From positions 4,464,001-4,528,000 of the forward strand of contig OX597816.1 in NCBI GenBank assembly GCA_951406725.2: a stretch of 64,000 nt of DNA, given 5' to 3'. Under the pieces are notes generated by a model. That model saw nothing but the letters and a program-made list of their open reading frames with translations, ran no database searches and was not told the origin of the DNA. Position 1 is the first letter of the stretch. Every line of letters starts with the position of its first letter. The stretch comes from Octopus vulgaris. Taxonomy: Eukaryota. Of the stretch, positions 1 through 12,765 are shown in pieces. The position numbers were made by a program, and so were the translations under genes.

Positions 1-1331
1 ATAAAAGGATGTAGACGTGCGTGAAATTTATAACCAAATTCTAGGAAACGAAAAGAGAAAACAAACCGTTTTACTAATTCAATAATAGTTTTTAGGGTTC
101 AAAATAGCTTGAACAACAATTAGCTTGTTGAGGACACTTTAATACAAAATGTCAGCTAAAAAAAGCTACCTCTAACTATTCTCGGAGTAGAATATTTATA
201 GAATTTTGAAGAATTTCCATAAAAGATCAAAAAATATTCCAAGATATTTCTCCTATAATATTACAGAGTATTCATCCTGCAAGTAGTAAAAAGACTCTTT
301 GGATAAACTTGTTTTAATGCTGAAGGGAATGAAATTGGAAAATGAACTTGAATTTACCGATGGAATCTTATACATTTTATTTCAACTTCATGTTTAATTT
401 ATATTTATATGTTTTTCATTTATTTATTTATTTATTTATTTATTCTATTTTGTTTGTTTTAAAGCAACTATCAAATGTTTTCCCTTCGCTGGCAATCTAT
501 ACATACACATATATAGACAAACAGACAACGAGACAAACAGACACATATACATCCATACACGTATGTATAAATGTGTATGTATATATGAATATATATGCAT
601 ATTCTTTATATTATTGTGTCTCTTTATTTTCCTTCATTTCTTATTTATTATTCAACTCTTCTTAAACTTAAATTCATTTCCATCTCCCTCTTTCCTCTTC
701 CTCTCTTCTCTCCCTCTCTCCTCTTTCTCTTTCCTCTGTTAACCCTCCATAAACTTAATATATTCAAGTTGAATTTAAATCCATTTCCAATAATTCATTT
801 CCCTATCCTTTTAGTTCTTCACATTCTTGCAACAAACATAACGGTAGGCTCGGCGTCCTGCACCTTAGAGTTATATCTGATACCTGTTTGGAAGAAGTTT
901 GGCTGAAGAAATTGTTGTCTATTCTGACAGTCAGAATTTGTAGGATGTCGAAGTGTGTGTGTGTGTGGAAAAGCAGTAGAGATCAGAAATGCTGCAATCA
1001 GTGGTTATAAAGATCGATAGCAGGAAGAGCGAGTAGTGTGATGTAGAGAGCCAAAATCGAAGTTGAAGGTACATCTGTTGTACTTGAGTACCTCAGGTTC
1101 GAGTTGTAGGAGTTTACAGATGACATATCTATAGCTGCTGGTATGTCTGAGGAAGTTTAAGAGTAGAAATTTAGAATCTGTGAAACGCTCTAAGAAATTC
1201 AGGCCTAGTCTAAAATTGGGGGTCTAAGTTTGTGTGTCTGACTAGAAAGAGGAATATGGGAAGTCTGCTATTTCTGTGATGAAGTTGGTTTTACATTTGG
1301 TAAGGAACCTTCAGTACTTGGAGTTATATGT

Positions 1332-1760
1332 TCAGATGTTGAGAGGATCTTTCTGATCATATCCAGAGAATTGCATGCGGTGCATGAGGTTCCGTACATG
1401 TTTCCTTGTTTCATAGGGTTCACACAGTGGGGACACCTTGTTTAGTATCCTAACTAGGTCTGCTATCAGTGTGTTGATTTTCATGTTGTGTGACGAAGCT
1501 GAGTTCTTGTGAACAACATATTTTGAAGCTATGGGTTTCATGTATTAGGTGTAGAGGAGCTGCACTCTGTTGATCACAGTCTCTAACCAAAGTTCAGTAT
1601 CAAGTACAGGGAATCTATTGTTGGAGTGCCTAGTGGGGTAATCTATAGTTACCTTGATACTTTGGTGGATGGAGTTCACTATGTGCTGGATGCTCTCCAT
1701 TATGCTCCTCTCGGTTTCTACACTACAGTTACTAGAGTTTGTCCTGACTGGAAAATTAAT
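1332..1760 (-). pseudogene. Penelope-like element (PLE) reverse transcriptase C-terminal/thumb fragment, with an in-frame stop
   Basis: Two consecutive same-frame ORFs, ...IMESIQHIVNSIHQSIKVTIDYPTRHSNNRFPVLDTELW... and MKPIASKYVVHKNSA...KINTLIADLVRIL...LMHRMQFSGY. These match the PLE RT pattern (P-x-LD, then KP...SA...K...L...R...L..SGY). Confidence 0.75.
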
Positions 1761-2204
1761 GACATCCACACACCTACATTAAAGCAAAACAGTTGTGGAT
1801 TGTTCACCTGAGGATCGTTTTAGTTTCCTACACACAAATATGCAGAGTATATACATACACACAAACATGCACACATGCACACATGCATACATATATATAT
1901 ATATATATATGCATACACGCACACAAATATATGCATGCACATACATACATACTTAAGTGTATGCGCACACACACCGGTGCACAATAAAGAAAAGAGAACA
2001 CAGTCCGATAACGAACAGACTCAACGGCTATTGGGAAGTTTGCAATACGTAACGAAAATTTTGGTAAAAATAAATAATAAATCAGACCGGTGAATGTGTT
2101 AAATTAAGGCACTAAAAGAGAATGGCTCTCCCCAGACGCAATAAAATATGCTTCAACACACGAATTCAAATAAAGAATCTTGCAAACCAAATACAAAAAC
2201 GAAA

Positions 2205-2213
2205 TATATATAT

Positions 2214-2276
<63 letters not shown>

Positions 2277-3400
2277 TGTATGTATGTATGTATGTATGTA
2301 TGTATGTATGTATGTATGTATGTATGTATGTGTGTGTATGTATGTATGTGTGTGTGTCTGTGTGTGTGTATGTGTGAGCGTATACATATGTATGTATGTA
2401 TATATGTATGTATGTGTGTGTATATGCATGTATGTATACATATGTATGTATGTATATATGTATGTATGTATGTGTATATGCATGTATGTATATGTGTGTA
2501 TGTATGTATGTGTGTGTATGTATGTATGTGTGTGTGTGTGTGAATGCGTGTGTATTTATATATATGTGTATGTACGTACGTATGTATGTATGTATTATTA
2601 TGTATGTATGAATGCATGTATGAATGTATATATGTATGTATGGATGTATGAATGTGTGTGTGTCTGTGTGTGTGTATAAGTATTTGACTGCTACCATATT
2701 GCAGACATATGTGTGAATGCATGTGTATATATACATATGTGTATGTATGTATGTATGTATGTATGTATGTATGTGTGTGTGTGTATGTATGTATGTATGT
2801 ATGTGTGTGTGTATGTATGTATGTATGTATGTATGTATGCATGCATGCATGTATGTATGTATGTATGTATGTATGTGTGTGTGTATGTGTGTGTGTATGT
2901 ATGTATGTATGTATGTATGTATGTATGTATGCATGCATGCATGCATGTATGTATGTATGTATGTATGTATGTATGTATGTATGTATGTATGTATGTATGT
3001 ATGCATGCATGCATGTATGTATGCATGTATGTATGTATGTATGTATGCATGCATGCATGTATGTATGTATGTATGTATGTATGTATGTGTGTATGTGTGT
3101 GTATGCATGCATGTATGTATGTATGTATGTATGTATGCATGCATGCATGTATGTATGTATGTATGTATGTATGTATGTATGTATGTGTGTATGTATGTAT
3201 GTATGTGTGTATGTATGAATGTATGCATGTATGTATGAATGTGTGTGTGCGTCTGTGTGTGTATATGTGTGTGTATAAATATTTGACTGCTACCATATTG
3301 CAGACATATTCGTGTGCGTATATATATATGTATGTATGTATGCATGTGTGTGTATATGCGTGAATATATGCGTGTATGTATGTGTGTGTGTGCTGACATG
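2205..3400. repeat. Compound (TA)n/(TATG)n/(TG)n microsatellite block
   Basis: Directly visible; the source of many spurious YI/HT/MYVC ORFs. Confidence 0.97.
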
Positions 3401-4051
3401 TGTGACCCAATGATCGGCTGCCGATCCTTAACCCTTCTAAAACGCAACGCTTGCATCTTCTCTAAATCCTCAACCATCAAACTCCAAACCTATGAAATAT
3501 TATTATTATTCATTTCCTCCAACATCATAGCGACACCAATGAACCATGTCTCTCTCTCTCACAACGAATTAATCTCCATGTTGGTAATACTCGATCGTCG
3601 TATCACGGTAGTAGAAGTAGTTGTTTAACCATTGGCAGCTTTATGGGTTGTGAAGCTTTGACTATGCACGTATGGTCGCTAACAAGTAATTTGTGGAGGT
3701 TTCTCCCTCAGATCTTCTTCAAAGCGAAGAGATGTTATGAATATTAAATTAACGTGAGGTCCATGGACATGTAGAAGATCTTACATACAAACATGGATAT
3801 TACGGGATTCCGCTAGATGACCGTGCATATTTAAAACTGCATTCACAGATAAATATGTCGCTCAAATCGTTTTCCATGCATACCTAAAGATGTATTGCAT
3901 ATTTTATTGTGGCAATCGTTTGCAATTTAAAATACTCAAAACGAGTTTAAACCACGTGGATAGCCTTATTACGTATATCATGCATAAGTTTACCTAAACA
4001 GGTGTTTTCTCAAAGCAGTTTTCTTTGTATCTGGACAATAATATCACATCA

Positions 4052-4185
4052 TATTTCTTTACTACACACAGGTGGCTAAACATAGTGGGGACAGACAAAG
4101 GGATTAAGTCGATTACACCGACCCCAGTGCGAAACTGGTACTTTATTTATCGACCCCGAAAGTATGAAAGGCAAAGTCGACCTCC
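4052..4185 (-). mobile_element. SINE family A, 5'-truncated 3' fragment
   Basis: tatttctttactac...gtcgattacac...gaaaggcaaagtcgacctc is the reverse complement of the family A body and tail. Confidence 0.85.
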
Positions 4186-4789
4186 AATAATACCACATGA
4201 ACAATATTTTGAATAATTTCAACAACTATGTTCTATGTGAAGATGACACTGTAGACGAAAATAACTTTTGTAACGTGAGTGGCATGGTTAACTTGACTTT
4301 TCGTATGAAACAGCCTGTGTCCATTAGAAAATTTAATCTAGTGTAGCTTAAAATTTAAATTAGTTTTTAAATTAACTTCTTAATTAAAATTTGCTATGGA
4401 AGACTTGAATTGCTCTGGATAATATATTACTCAGCGCTCTTTTGCTGTTCCTTGCTTTAGGAAATTGTATTTTTAGATTAAGTGTATGGGTTAGATTAGA
4501 ATGGAGAGAAAGAAAAACGGAATGGGTAGAATTAATGTTTCCATCTTAAATTATGAGTGTTGACTTTTTGTACTCCGGGTGGTTTTATTTGGTAATAATG
4601 CAGGGGGAATAATAATATTCTATACATTTTATCATATTGATTATGTATCTATGGCACCAGTCGGTCTCGAAAGACCCTGGGTCTGCGCCTGGAGAATTTT
4701 GTGTCGGCTGCTGATGGTTGTGCTGAGTCTGTTGTGGCTGCACAATCCCACACGGGACTGGCAGTGTTGCATGCTGTGGCTGCATCTGA

Positions 4790-4930
4790 AGATGCTCTCC
4801 ATCGATGCTACTGCATCACGAAGGAGGAGCCGGATGCATTGCCAGCTGCTGGAGAACTGCACAGAGCCGGAAGGCACCGGAATCGATGGTATTCCACCAG
4901 AGGTCATCAGGTGTGCCAAAGGAGTTCTAT
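4790..4930 (+). pseudogene. RTE-like LINE fragment (region just upstream of the RT core)
   Basis: Translation includes GTGIDGIPPEVIRCAKGVL, resembling the KAPGxDGIPxE motif of non-LTR ORF2. Confidence 0.6.
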
Positions 4931-5084
4931 ATTAATTAACACCGTGTTAAATATATCTATTTCAGGTCGGTATACTTATTTAAACCTTTCGCTGCCATTG
5001 GCCGTCGACAACTTTCCTCCATTCCTTTTTTTACTCTGGTCTGTAACTTACATTTTTTTTCTCTCCTTGTTTTTTTTCTGTGTC

Positions 5085-5122
5085 CCTTTCTGTAGAAGAG
5101 CGTAGGCTCGAAACGTAAAATA
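5085..5122 (+). ncRNA. Minimal type I hammerhead ribozyme-like motif (variant core)
   Basis: CUGUAGA-A-GAGC-guag-GCUC-GAAA-CGUA: stem II intact, palindromic ACGU stem III; core deviates from CUGANGA. Confidence 0.5.
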
Positions 5123-5150
5123 CTTCTTCTATTCCTGAGCGTTAAACTAA

Positions 5151-5539
5151 TGGATGGAAGCACTCCGTCGGTTACGACGACGAGGGTTCCGGTTGATCCG
5201 AATCAACGGAACAGCCTGCTCGTGAAATTAACGTGTAAGTGGCTGAGCACTCCACAGACACGTGCAACCTTAACGTAGTTCTCGGGGATATTCAGCGTGA
5301 CACAGAGAGTTACAAGGCCGGCCTTTTGAAATACAGGTACAACAGAAATAGGAAGTAAGAGTGAGAGAAAGTTGTGGTGAAAGAGAACAGCAGGGTTCAC
5401 CACCACCCCCTGCCGGAGCCTCGTGGAGCTTTTAGATGTTTTCGCTCAATAAACACTCACAACACCCGGTCTGGGAATCGAAACCGCGATCCTATGACCG
5501 CGAGTCCGCTGCCCTAACCACTGGGCCATTGCGCCTCCA
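5151..5539 (-). mobile_element. SINE family B (tRNA-derived head), full length
   Basis: Minus strand reads tggaggcgcaatggcccagtggttagggc...ggtttcgattccc (Pol III A/B-box-like) and ends gacggagtgcttccatcc. Several near-identical copies in the window. Confidence 0.92.
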
Positions 5540-5744
5540 ATTATACTAATACATCTGTTTGTTTTGTACACCACCGATCTTCGTCTTTTGTTTTTTCCGT
5601 AAATTCTTCCATAGCTTGTCGGTTCTGGATATTCATCCATGCTGCTCTACCTTGGTTTTCGGGTTTTTTTTTCTTTTTTCTAGGTAAAAGTGTTTGCCCT
5701 ACACAAGCCTATGTTTAACTCTGGGAAAAAGGTAACCCACATTT

Positions 5745-5862
5745 GTCTGCCCCGAATCCTTTGTCCTGTCCAGTATGGGAGTCCCTACCAGAAGCTTGCA
5801 CTCTGCTGCCATAGCTCTCAGGGTCATTGAGACATGCAAGCCACCACACTGCAACAAGGACT
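5745..5862 (+). mobile_element. RTE-type retroposon terminal fragment
   Basis: gtatgggagtccctacc...catagctctcagggtcattgagacatgcaagccaccacactgcaacaagg resembles a conserved terminal segment of RTE-related elements (recognition from memory). Confidence 0.45.
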
Positions 5863-5959
5863 GGACCGAGGGGTGGGTCATATTGGCAGGTCTCGGAGAA
5901 GATGAACGCAATGACTATCGGGTCTGGTTCATGGCCAAGGAAAACAATGTAAAGACTCG

Positions 5960-6384
5960 TACATACAAACATGCATACGTACATATATACATACAGACAT
6001 GCATGCATACATACATACATACATGCATGCATACATACATACATGCATGCATGCATACATACATACATACATACATACATACATACATACATACATGCAT
6101 GCGTGCATGCATGCATGCATACATACATACATACATACATGCATGCATGCATGCATGCATGCATACATACATGCATACATACATACATGCATGCATGCAT
6201 GCATACATACAGACAGACATGCATGCATGCATGCATGCATACATACATACATACATACATACATACATACATACATGCATGCATGCATGCATACATACAT
6301 ACATACATACATACATACATGCATGCATGCGTGCATGCATACATACATACATACATACATACATACATACATACATACATACAT
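5960..6384. repeat. (CATA)n/(CATG)n microsatellite
   Basis: Directly visible. Confidence 0.97.
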
Positions 6385-6611
6385 AAGCGATTCAGCTGAA
6401 AAAATTTTTTTTTAATGAAAAATATTTTACGGAAATTGCCGAACAAATACTATCAGCAAATACTATCATGTATCGTCTACTTTCTCCGAAAGATTGCTTT
6501 GCATGGACGAGAAACAGCATCGGAATAAATTTCAGAAATTAAATTTCCTAAAACGCTGGGCACCGAAGACGTATTCGAACCAAAAACAAACAAACCATAA
6601 TCCTGTCTTAT

Positions 6612-6790
6612 GAGGCAGCGAGCTGGCAGAATCTTTATCACGCCGGACAAAATGCTCAGCGGCATCTCGTCTGATTTTGCCTTTCATCCTTTCAGGACCG
6701 ATAAAATAAGTACCAGTCCGAGTACTGGGGTTGATGTAATGGACTTAACTCCCTCCTCCCCCGAAGTTTGAGACCAAATTTTGAGACCAA
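6612..6790 (+). mobile_element. SINE family A, old-tail type, degenerate
   Basis: ggcagcgagctggcagaatc...ttttgcctttcatcctttc...ataagtaccag... Confidence 0.8.
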
Positions 6791-7119
6791 TATTTCTGTC
6801 TTTCAGGTAAAAATTACGGAATTAGGTTTGTAGCGTCTGTAGTAAATACGATAAGCTTGGGCTGGACCTAACACAACGGATTCGTTTGTCTCACAAGAAT
6901 TGGTGGTGTTGGGGGGGGGGTGGACTTGGTACTAAATGGTACAACTAAGGCCATATAAAAAATATTCCCCGGAGGAGGATTGACTTACTCCGGAACCCTC
7001 AGTTATACGAGTTCTCTTTTCTCATTTCTAATTGATTCGCTTGTCATTCCCGACTATAAACCCTTGATACAGTTTTTGCTATGTATCTAGTTTCCAAACT
7101 CATTCCCAATTAATGGATA

Positions 7120-7320
7120 AGGAGGCACATGGCTTTGGACTCATGATAGTTAGATTGTGGTTTCGATTCCTGGACCGGGCGACGCGTTGTGTTCTTGAGC
7201 AAAAAACTTCACTTCACGTTGCTCCAGTCCACTCAGCTGGCAAAAATGAGTGACCCTCTGACGGACCACCAGGAGGAATATCTATACACCAGAGAAACCA
7301 GAAAGCCGGCCCCGTGCCCC
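7120..7320 (+). mobile_element. SINE family C (tRNA head plus ttgagcaagacact/ccagtccactcagctg central domain)
   Basis: Homologous to copies at 8939, 16761, 19762 and 51655. Confidence 0.75.
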
Positions 7321-7747
7321 TTACTGTTGTGTAGGTTAGCCTTTCTCAGCTATTGAGTAGCCTCTATTCAACAGCTAGAAATAACAGCGAAATGTCTTTT
7401 GATTCATATTCTAACGTCTTTAAAATGATTCTAGAAACGTAGATCAAAATACTCTTAAGGATGGTCCTGGGTGGAACTTCTTTAATTAAAGGTTTGATCA
7501 TTCTGGAGTTGTCGACAACAGTTTTCCAGTATTTTTAAAATTCTTACCGGTTGCTGTTTTACTTCCCAATTATTGAGGGTAGAAGAAATGTTGATTACCT
7601 ATCTCCTAATTAGGGCATTCAACTGTTTCTCTCCCTACCAAAGTCATGGCCGCGTTCTAATGAGGGAAACCCATAAAAATAATTGCTAAGAAATATGAAA
7701 TGAAGATCAAGGATTACAAAACATGATATTAGTATAATCATGAGAGA

Positions 7748-7787
<40 letters not shown>

Positions 7788-7798
7788 AAGGGAGTGTA

Positions 7799-7838
<40 letters not shown>

Positions 7839-8487
7839 TTGGTTATATATCGCGTATAAGCTACAGCGCAGTTTTGATTCGCCATAGAAATAATCTCATC
7901 TGATATTGGTTTATATTGAATTGTGGGGATATATCGAAATGGAATCTCATTACTTTCAGCAAATTAGAAAGTCTTTGTGCCTCGCAAAAACAAAGCCAAG
8001 TATTTGAACGAGTAGGGACGGAGAGAAAAGCTTAATCTATGGAGGCCTCCATCGTAGTTTATTATCTTATTTCGTTGGATCGTAACCACGTCAATACGTA
8101 TAGAAAATCTATATAATTTTCTATATGTACACATCATATATTATATATAATAACAAGGGTGACAGATAAGGGGACATATGAAACGACGGTTTACCGGATT
8201 TAAATATGCTCCTCTACGAAGTGTGAATTCAGATCCTGTCAAAAGGGAATTAACTTTCCATTCTCTCTGTTCCATTAAAACAAATACTAATAAAATAGTG
8301 GACCCCAAAATGTATGGCCGAGTATCTATGTTAGATATCCTTATACATAACTACGCAGAAGTTACTGTTATTATGGTTATTATTCCGCCGAGGTTGACTT
8401 TGCCTTTTATCCTTTCGGGGTCGACGAAACAAGTACCCCTCCCCTGAAATTGCTGGCCTTGTGCTAAACTTTTAAATCATTATTAAA

Positions 8488-8896
8488 TTCTTTATTGTCC
8501 ACGGGGTGGGGGGCAAACATAGAGGGGACAAACATGGACAGACAAACGGATTAAGTCGATTACATCGACTCCAGTGTGCAACTGGTACTTATTTAATCGA
8601 CCCCGAAAATGATGAAAGGCAAAGGCAACCTCGGCGGAACACAACGTAGCGGCAGACGAAATACCTATTTCTTTACTACCCACAAGGGGCTAAACACAGA
8701 GAGGGCAAACAAGGACAGACAAACGGATTAAGTCGATTATATCGACCCCAGTGCGTAACTGGTACTTATTTAATCAACCCCGAAAGGATGAAAGGCAAAG
8801 TCGACTTCGGTGGAATTTGAACTCAGAACGTAACGGCAGACGAAATACCGCTAATCATTTCGCCCGGCGTGCTAACGGTTCAGCCAGCTCGCCACC
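8488..8896 (-). mobile_element. SINE family A tandem dimer
   Basis: One head plus two ~180-bp units joined at aaagaaata|ggtatttcg. Confidence 0.9.
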
Positions 8897-8938
8897 TTAA
8901 AAATTTGAAACCATTATTATTATTATTATGGTTATTGT

Positions 8939-9150
8939 AGTGGAGGCGCGTGGCTTAGTGGTTAGACTGTTGGACTCATGATCGTAAGATTGTGGTTTCG
9001 ATTCTTGGAGTGGCTGATGCGTTGAGTCCATTTTACGCTGCTCCAGTTAATTCAGTTGGCAAAACTCTATGTATGTATTCCTGATGGGCAATACGTACGT
9101 CATGGAAACTGGCAAACCGGCTCTTATGAGTCGGCAGGACTCGCGAAGGA
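8939..9150 (+). mobile_element. SINE family C, degenerate
   Basis: gtggaggcgcgtggcttagtggttag...ggtttcgattc head. Confidence 0.75.
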
Positions 9151-9599
9151 TTTGGGAAGAAGTGTTGCATATGGCCGGGTGGCTCTTACACTGGAATGAC
9201 TTACATGAGTGAGGCATGGGAAATGGCGGGATACAGGAACTCAAGCAGCATTGAAGATAATGATGGATATATCGATGAGTAGGACGTGAAAAAGCCTCGT
9301 TAGAGGTTTTTGAAACCTCATCTTATTGCATTATTTGTAGTTGTTTATAACCTCAATTGTGTGTTTAAAAAAACATGTTAAATAAGGGGTTTTAGTGCTT
9401 CCTTCTTGTAAGAGGTTTGAAACCTCATATTGATTTTTTAAAAAAAGAAAATATGTTTTCGAGAAAAATCCAATCGGCGGGTGTTGGGTTTCGTCTCTCA
9501 TTTATTCATTTTATTTCATTTTCATTCGTTAATGTGTTTGTCCAGCCCCAAAAGCTACTCAATCTTTGTACAGTCTATATGACAAATTTAATGAAATAA

Positions 9600-9960
9600 A
9601 GTAGCTCGCTTATCAACCACATGCTTCCGTGTTCATTCCCACTGCGTGGCACATTGGGCAAGTGAGTGTTTTCTAATGTAGCTATGGTTGATCAAAGCCT
9701 TGTGGGTGGATATGGTAGGCGGAAACTGAAAGAAGCACGTGTGCGTGTGTGTGCGTGTGAGTGAGCGTGTTTTTTCCCCCATCATCACTTGACAAATGAT
9801 ATTGTGTTTACGTTCCCGTAACTTAGCAGTTCGGCAAAAGAGACTAAGAAGATAAGTACTAGGCTTACAAAGAATAAGTCCTGGGGTCGATTTGTTCGAT
9901 TAAAGGCGGTGTTCCAGTAGGGCCACAATCAAATGACTGAAACAAGTAAAAGAATTAAAG
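9600..9960 (+). mobile_element. SINE family D (CORE-like ccttgggcaagt domain, internal microsatellite)
   Basis: Homologous to copies at 26545, 28018, 30850, 41208, 48491 and 59712; ends caaatgactgaaacaagtaaaaga. Confidence 0.85.
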
Positions 9961-9984
9961 AAGATATATATATATATATTCCGA

Positions 9985-10200
9985 GACCCCCTTCGGTCAC
10001 GACACAGACCATGGGATTGCACTTAGAAAGTTACCCTCCTAGACACAAGTCCGGGCAAGGTTGTTTATGGAAGACCAGCAGTCGCCCATGCATACCAGCC
10101 TCCCCTCTCCACGCCACCGATGTTATCCAAGGGAAAAACAAAGGTCGATACAGCTTGGCACCAGTGACGTCGCAACTCATTTCTACAGCTGAGTGAACTG
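9985..10200 (-). mobile_element. SINE family C 3' portion
   Basis: Reverse complement of the 3' part of the copy at 19762-20062. Confidence 0.75.
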
Positions 10201-11399
10201 GATGATCTAGCAGATGTTTACGTGTCCATATACGTAAATATTAACAAGTGAAACTAATTAGTACAGAGGTAATCGGTTTTTTATTTCGTATATTTTAATT
10301 CGTCTTGCTTATTTGCTGATTTTTTTTTCCTTGAGAACACATTCTTCGTGGAAAATGGCGACTTGACGTCTATATCTAGCATACAGGCTGTCAACTTTTA
10401 GTGGTCAGTCCTCTAAATTATATAGTATTTCCTGTGTGTGCAGTTGTTAGATGTATGACTGCTACTGGTTATTAAATGTTTAAATTCTTTCTGAAGGACC
10501 GTTGTAGAGCTGCAGCCAAGTACATTATAAAAACCTGCTGAAGGTGATGCAAAAGGATTCTAGCCAATCCTATACAAGAGACACCTCTAAGTACCCTGCC
10601 GTTATAAGCGATATCTCGGGAGGCAAAAACGTGTTATTCGCATGTTTTCCCATTCAATGCTGCGCCGAGAAGACATTGTATATCAAGATGGAGTACTCAC
10701 ATGTATCTATTACTTACATTATATGCAGAACGTCTGCAAACCTATTTGGATTTAGCAGTTAAGAACGAGTACACTGGCCAGTCAAGAAAATCTTTGTAAA
10801 AAGATGAAAGCAGTGTTCATACTGACAAGTAATGTTTAACGCCACCGAAACACGGCTGTTTCCTTGGAACAGAGGATACTGTCATTTTGATACCCACGAA
10901 GGTACTCTCTCCAGCTGGATTATGAAGTGTGCTCTGCACTCAGTATATATTGCAAGCAGGGAGAGAACTCTTTACTATTTCAGCCGACAGACCAACCTAC
11001 CGTACAGTCACTGATCTTGTAACAAGTGAACTAGCTTCGATTGTCCCTAACTGTGACTGACGGTGCAGAGTAGTACCTGCATTGCTAGAAATAAGAGTTA
11101 AAATCCCTTAGAGCCACAAAAAGGCATATGTCTATGCTCTGACAGGGGAGATAGCCGCCCCACAGCGAGCGAGATCACCATTATACTCTCGTTTCGCTTA
11201 AAATTAAAGCTCATCAATGGTGACTACTTCCTTTTTGGTTTTGTATTGCGTGTAGCTGCCTTCGTCATTTTACACATACACACACACACATAAACACACA
11301 ACAAATACAACCCATACAATATAATCACATTTATATAGATATATATATTATTTACATTATGTACATTTGATGGATATATGTCCTCATCCTGTTTATTGT

Positions 11400-11446
11400 T
11401 AACACAATATTTCGGCTGATATACCCTCCAGCCTTCATCAGGTGTC
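11400..11446 (-). ncRNA. Type I hammerhead ribozyme motif
   Basis: Minus strand: GACAC-CUGAUGA-A-GGCUG-gaggguauau-CAGCC-GAAA-UAUU-GUGUU. Core and stems I/II are intact; stem III is mutated. Confidence 0.7.
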
Positions 11447-11513
11447 TTGCGGAAATTCCGAACCTGGGTTCTCATTCCTAAGGTATTTTTCGATGTTGTT
11501 GTTGTTATTATTA

Positions 11514-11559
<46 letters not shown>

Positions 11560-11656
11560 GATCATCATCATCATCAGCATCATCAGCATCATCCTCAATA
11601 ACAATAACATCGAAAAATACCTTAGGAATGAGAACCCAGGTTCGAAATTTCCCCAA

Positions 11657-11702
11657 GACACCTGATGATGGCTGAAGGGTATATCAGCCGATACGTTGTG
11701 TT
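11657..11702 (+). ncRNA. Type I hammerhead ribozyme motif
   Basis: GACAC-CUGAUGA-U-GGCUG-aaggguauau-CAGCC-GAUA-CGUU-GUGUU, with one core change (GAAA to GAUA). Confidence 0.65.
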
Positions 11703-12007
11703 AACAACAAACAAGTTGAGGACAAATATCCGTCAAATGTACATAATTCCTCATCTCTTAAATATATAACTACATTTATATATATACATCCAACACATGC
11801 AGCCCAAACAGAGTCTACAATTACATTTGCAATTCGTCAATATTGGCCAACTACCATTCATTCATTTCACTTTTACAATTATTGATACTCGACTTCAGAC
11901 ACTGAACAGCTTATCTCATACATATTTATAGCCTTTTGTTTTCGTTTACAAGGCGGTTGATGCAATCAATAACATGTTGTTCCTCTTGTATATTTATCAC
12001 TAATGGA

Positions 12008-12765
12008 GGCGGCGAGATGGTAGAAACGTTTGCACGCCGGGCGAAATGCTTAGCGGTATTTCGTCTGCCGCTATGATCCGAGTTCAAATTCCGCCGAGGT
12101 CGACTTTGCCTTTCATCCTTTCTGGGTCGATTAAATAAGCACTAGTTACACACTGGGTCGATATAATCGACTTAATACCGTATGTCTGTCCTTGTTTGTC
12201 CTCTCTGTGTTTAGCCCTTTGTGGGTAGTAAAGAAATAGGTATTTCGTCTGCCGCTACGTTCGAGTTCAAATTTCGCCGAGGTCGACTTTGCCTTTCATC
12301 ATCTTTCGGGGTCGATTAAATAACTACCAGTTACGCACTGGGGTCGATATAATCGACTTAATCCGTTTGTCTGTCCTTGTTTGTCCTCTCTGTGTTTAAC
12401 CCCTTGTGGGTAGTAAAGAAATAGGTATTTCGTCTGTCTTTACGTTCTGAGTTCAAATTCTACCGAGGTCGACTTTGCCTTTCATCCTTTTGGGGTCGAT
12501 TAAATAAGTACCAGTTACACACTGGGGTCGATGTAATCGACTTAATCCGTTTGTCTGTTTGTCCCCTCTATGTTTAGCCCCTTGTGGGTAGTAAAGAAAT
12601 AGGTATTTCGTCCCTTGCTACGTTCTGAGTTCAAATTCCGCCGAGGTCGGCTTTGCTTTCTATCCTTTCGGGATCGATAAATTAAGTACCAGTGAAATTC
12701 TAGAGTCGATGTAATCGACTAGTTCTCTCCCCCCACAAAACCTCCGGCTTTGTACCTATAATAAA
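12008..12765 (+). mobile_element. SINE family A tandem array: head, 3 new-tail units, 1 old-tail unit
   Basis: Period about 184 bp with identical junctions; the last unit ends in the different tail ...tctcccccacaaaacctccggctttgtacc. Confidence 0.92.

Larger units (their letters stand above)
4965..5610 (+). mobile_element. PLE-type pseudo-LTR interrupted by a family B SINE
   Basis: Contains a hammerhead-like core at 5090-5117. The SINE at 5151-5539 is flanked by a probable TSD (ttaaactaat/ttatactaat). A related truncated piece lies at 33240-33310. Confidence 0.55.
11356..11747. mobile_element. PLE-type inverted pseudo-LTR pair (long hairpin) with an (ATT)n/(ATC)n spacer
   Basis: Arms at about 11356-11506 and 11598-11747 are near reverse complements, and each carries a hammerhead core. 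Confidence 0.8.

Noticed and set aside
2104-3480. Long ORFs (458 aa here; also 39255-40098, 40306-41448, 12967-13709, 5715-6446)
   Set aside because: Translations of stop-free microsatellites; no real protein signal.
5470-5539. tRNA genes at SINE heads
   Set aside because: A/B-box-like heads run directly into SINE bodies with TSDs; no complete cloverleaf or terminator seen.
10470-11040. Non-repetitive, coding-like composition
   Set aside because: Stops in all frames examined and no recognisable motif; left unassigned.
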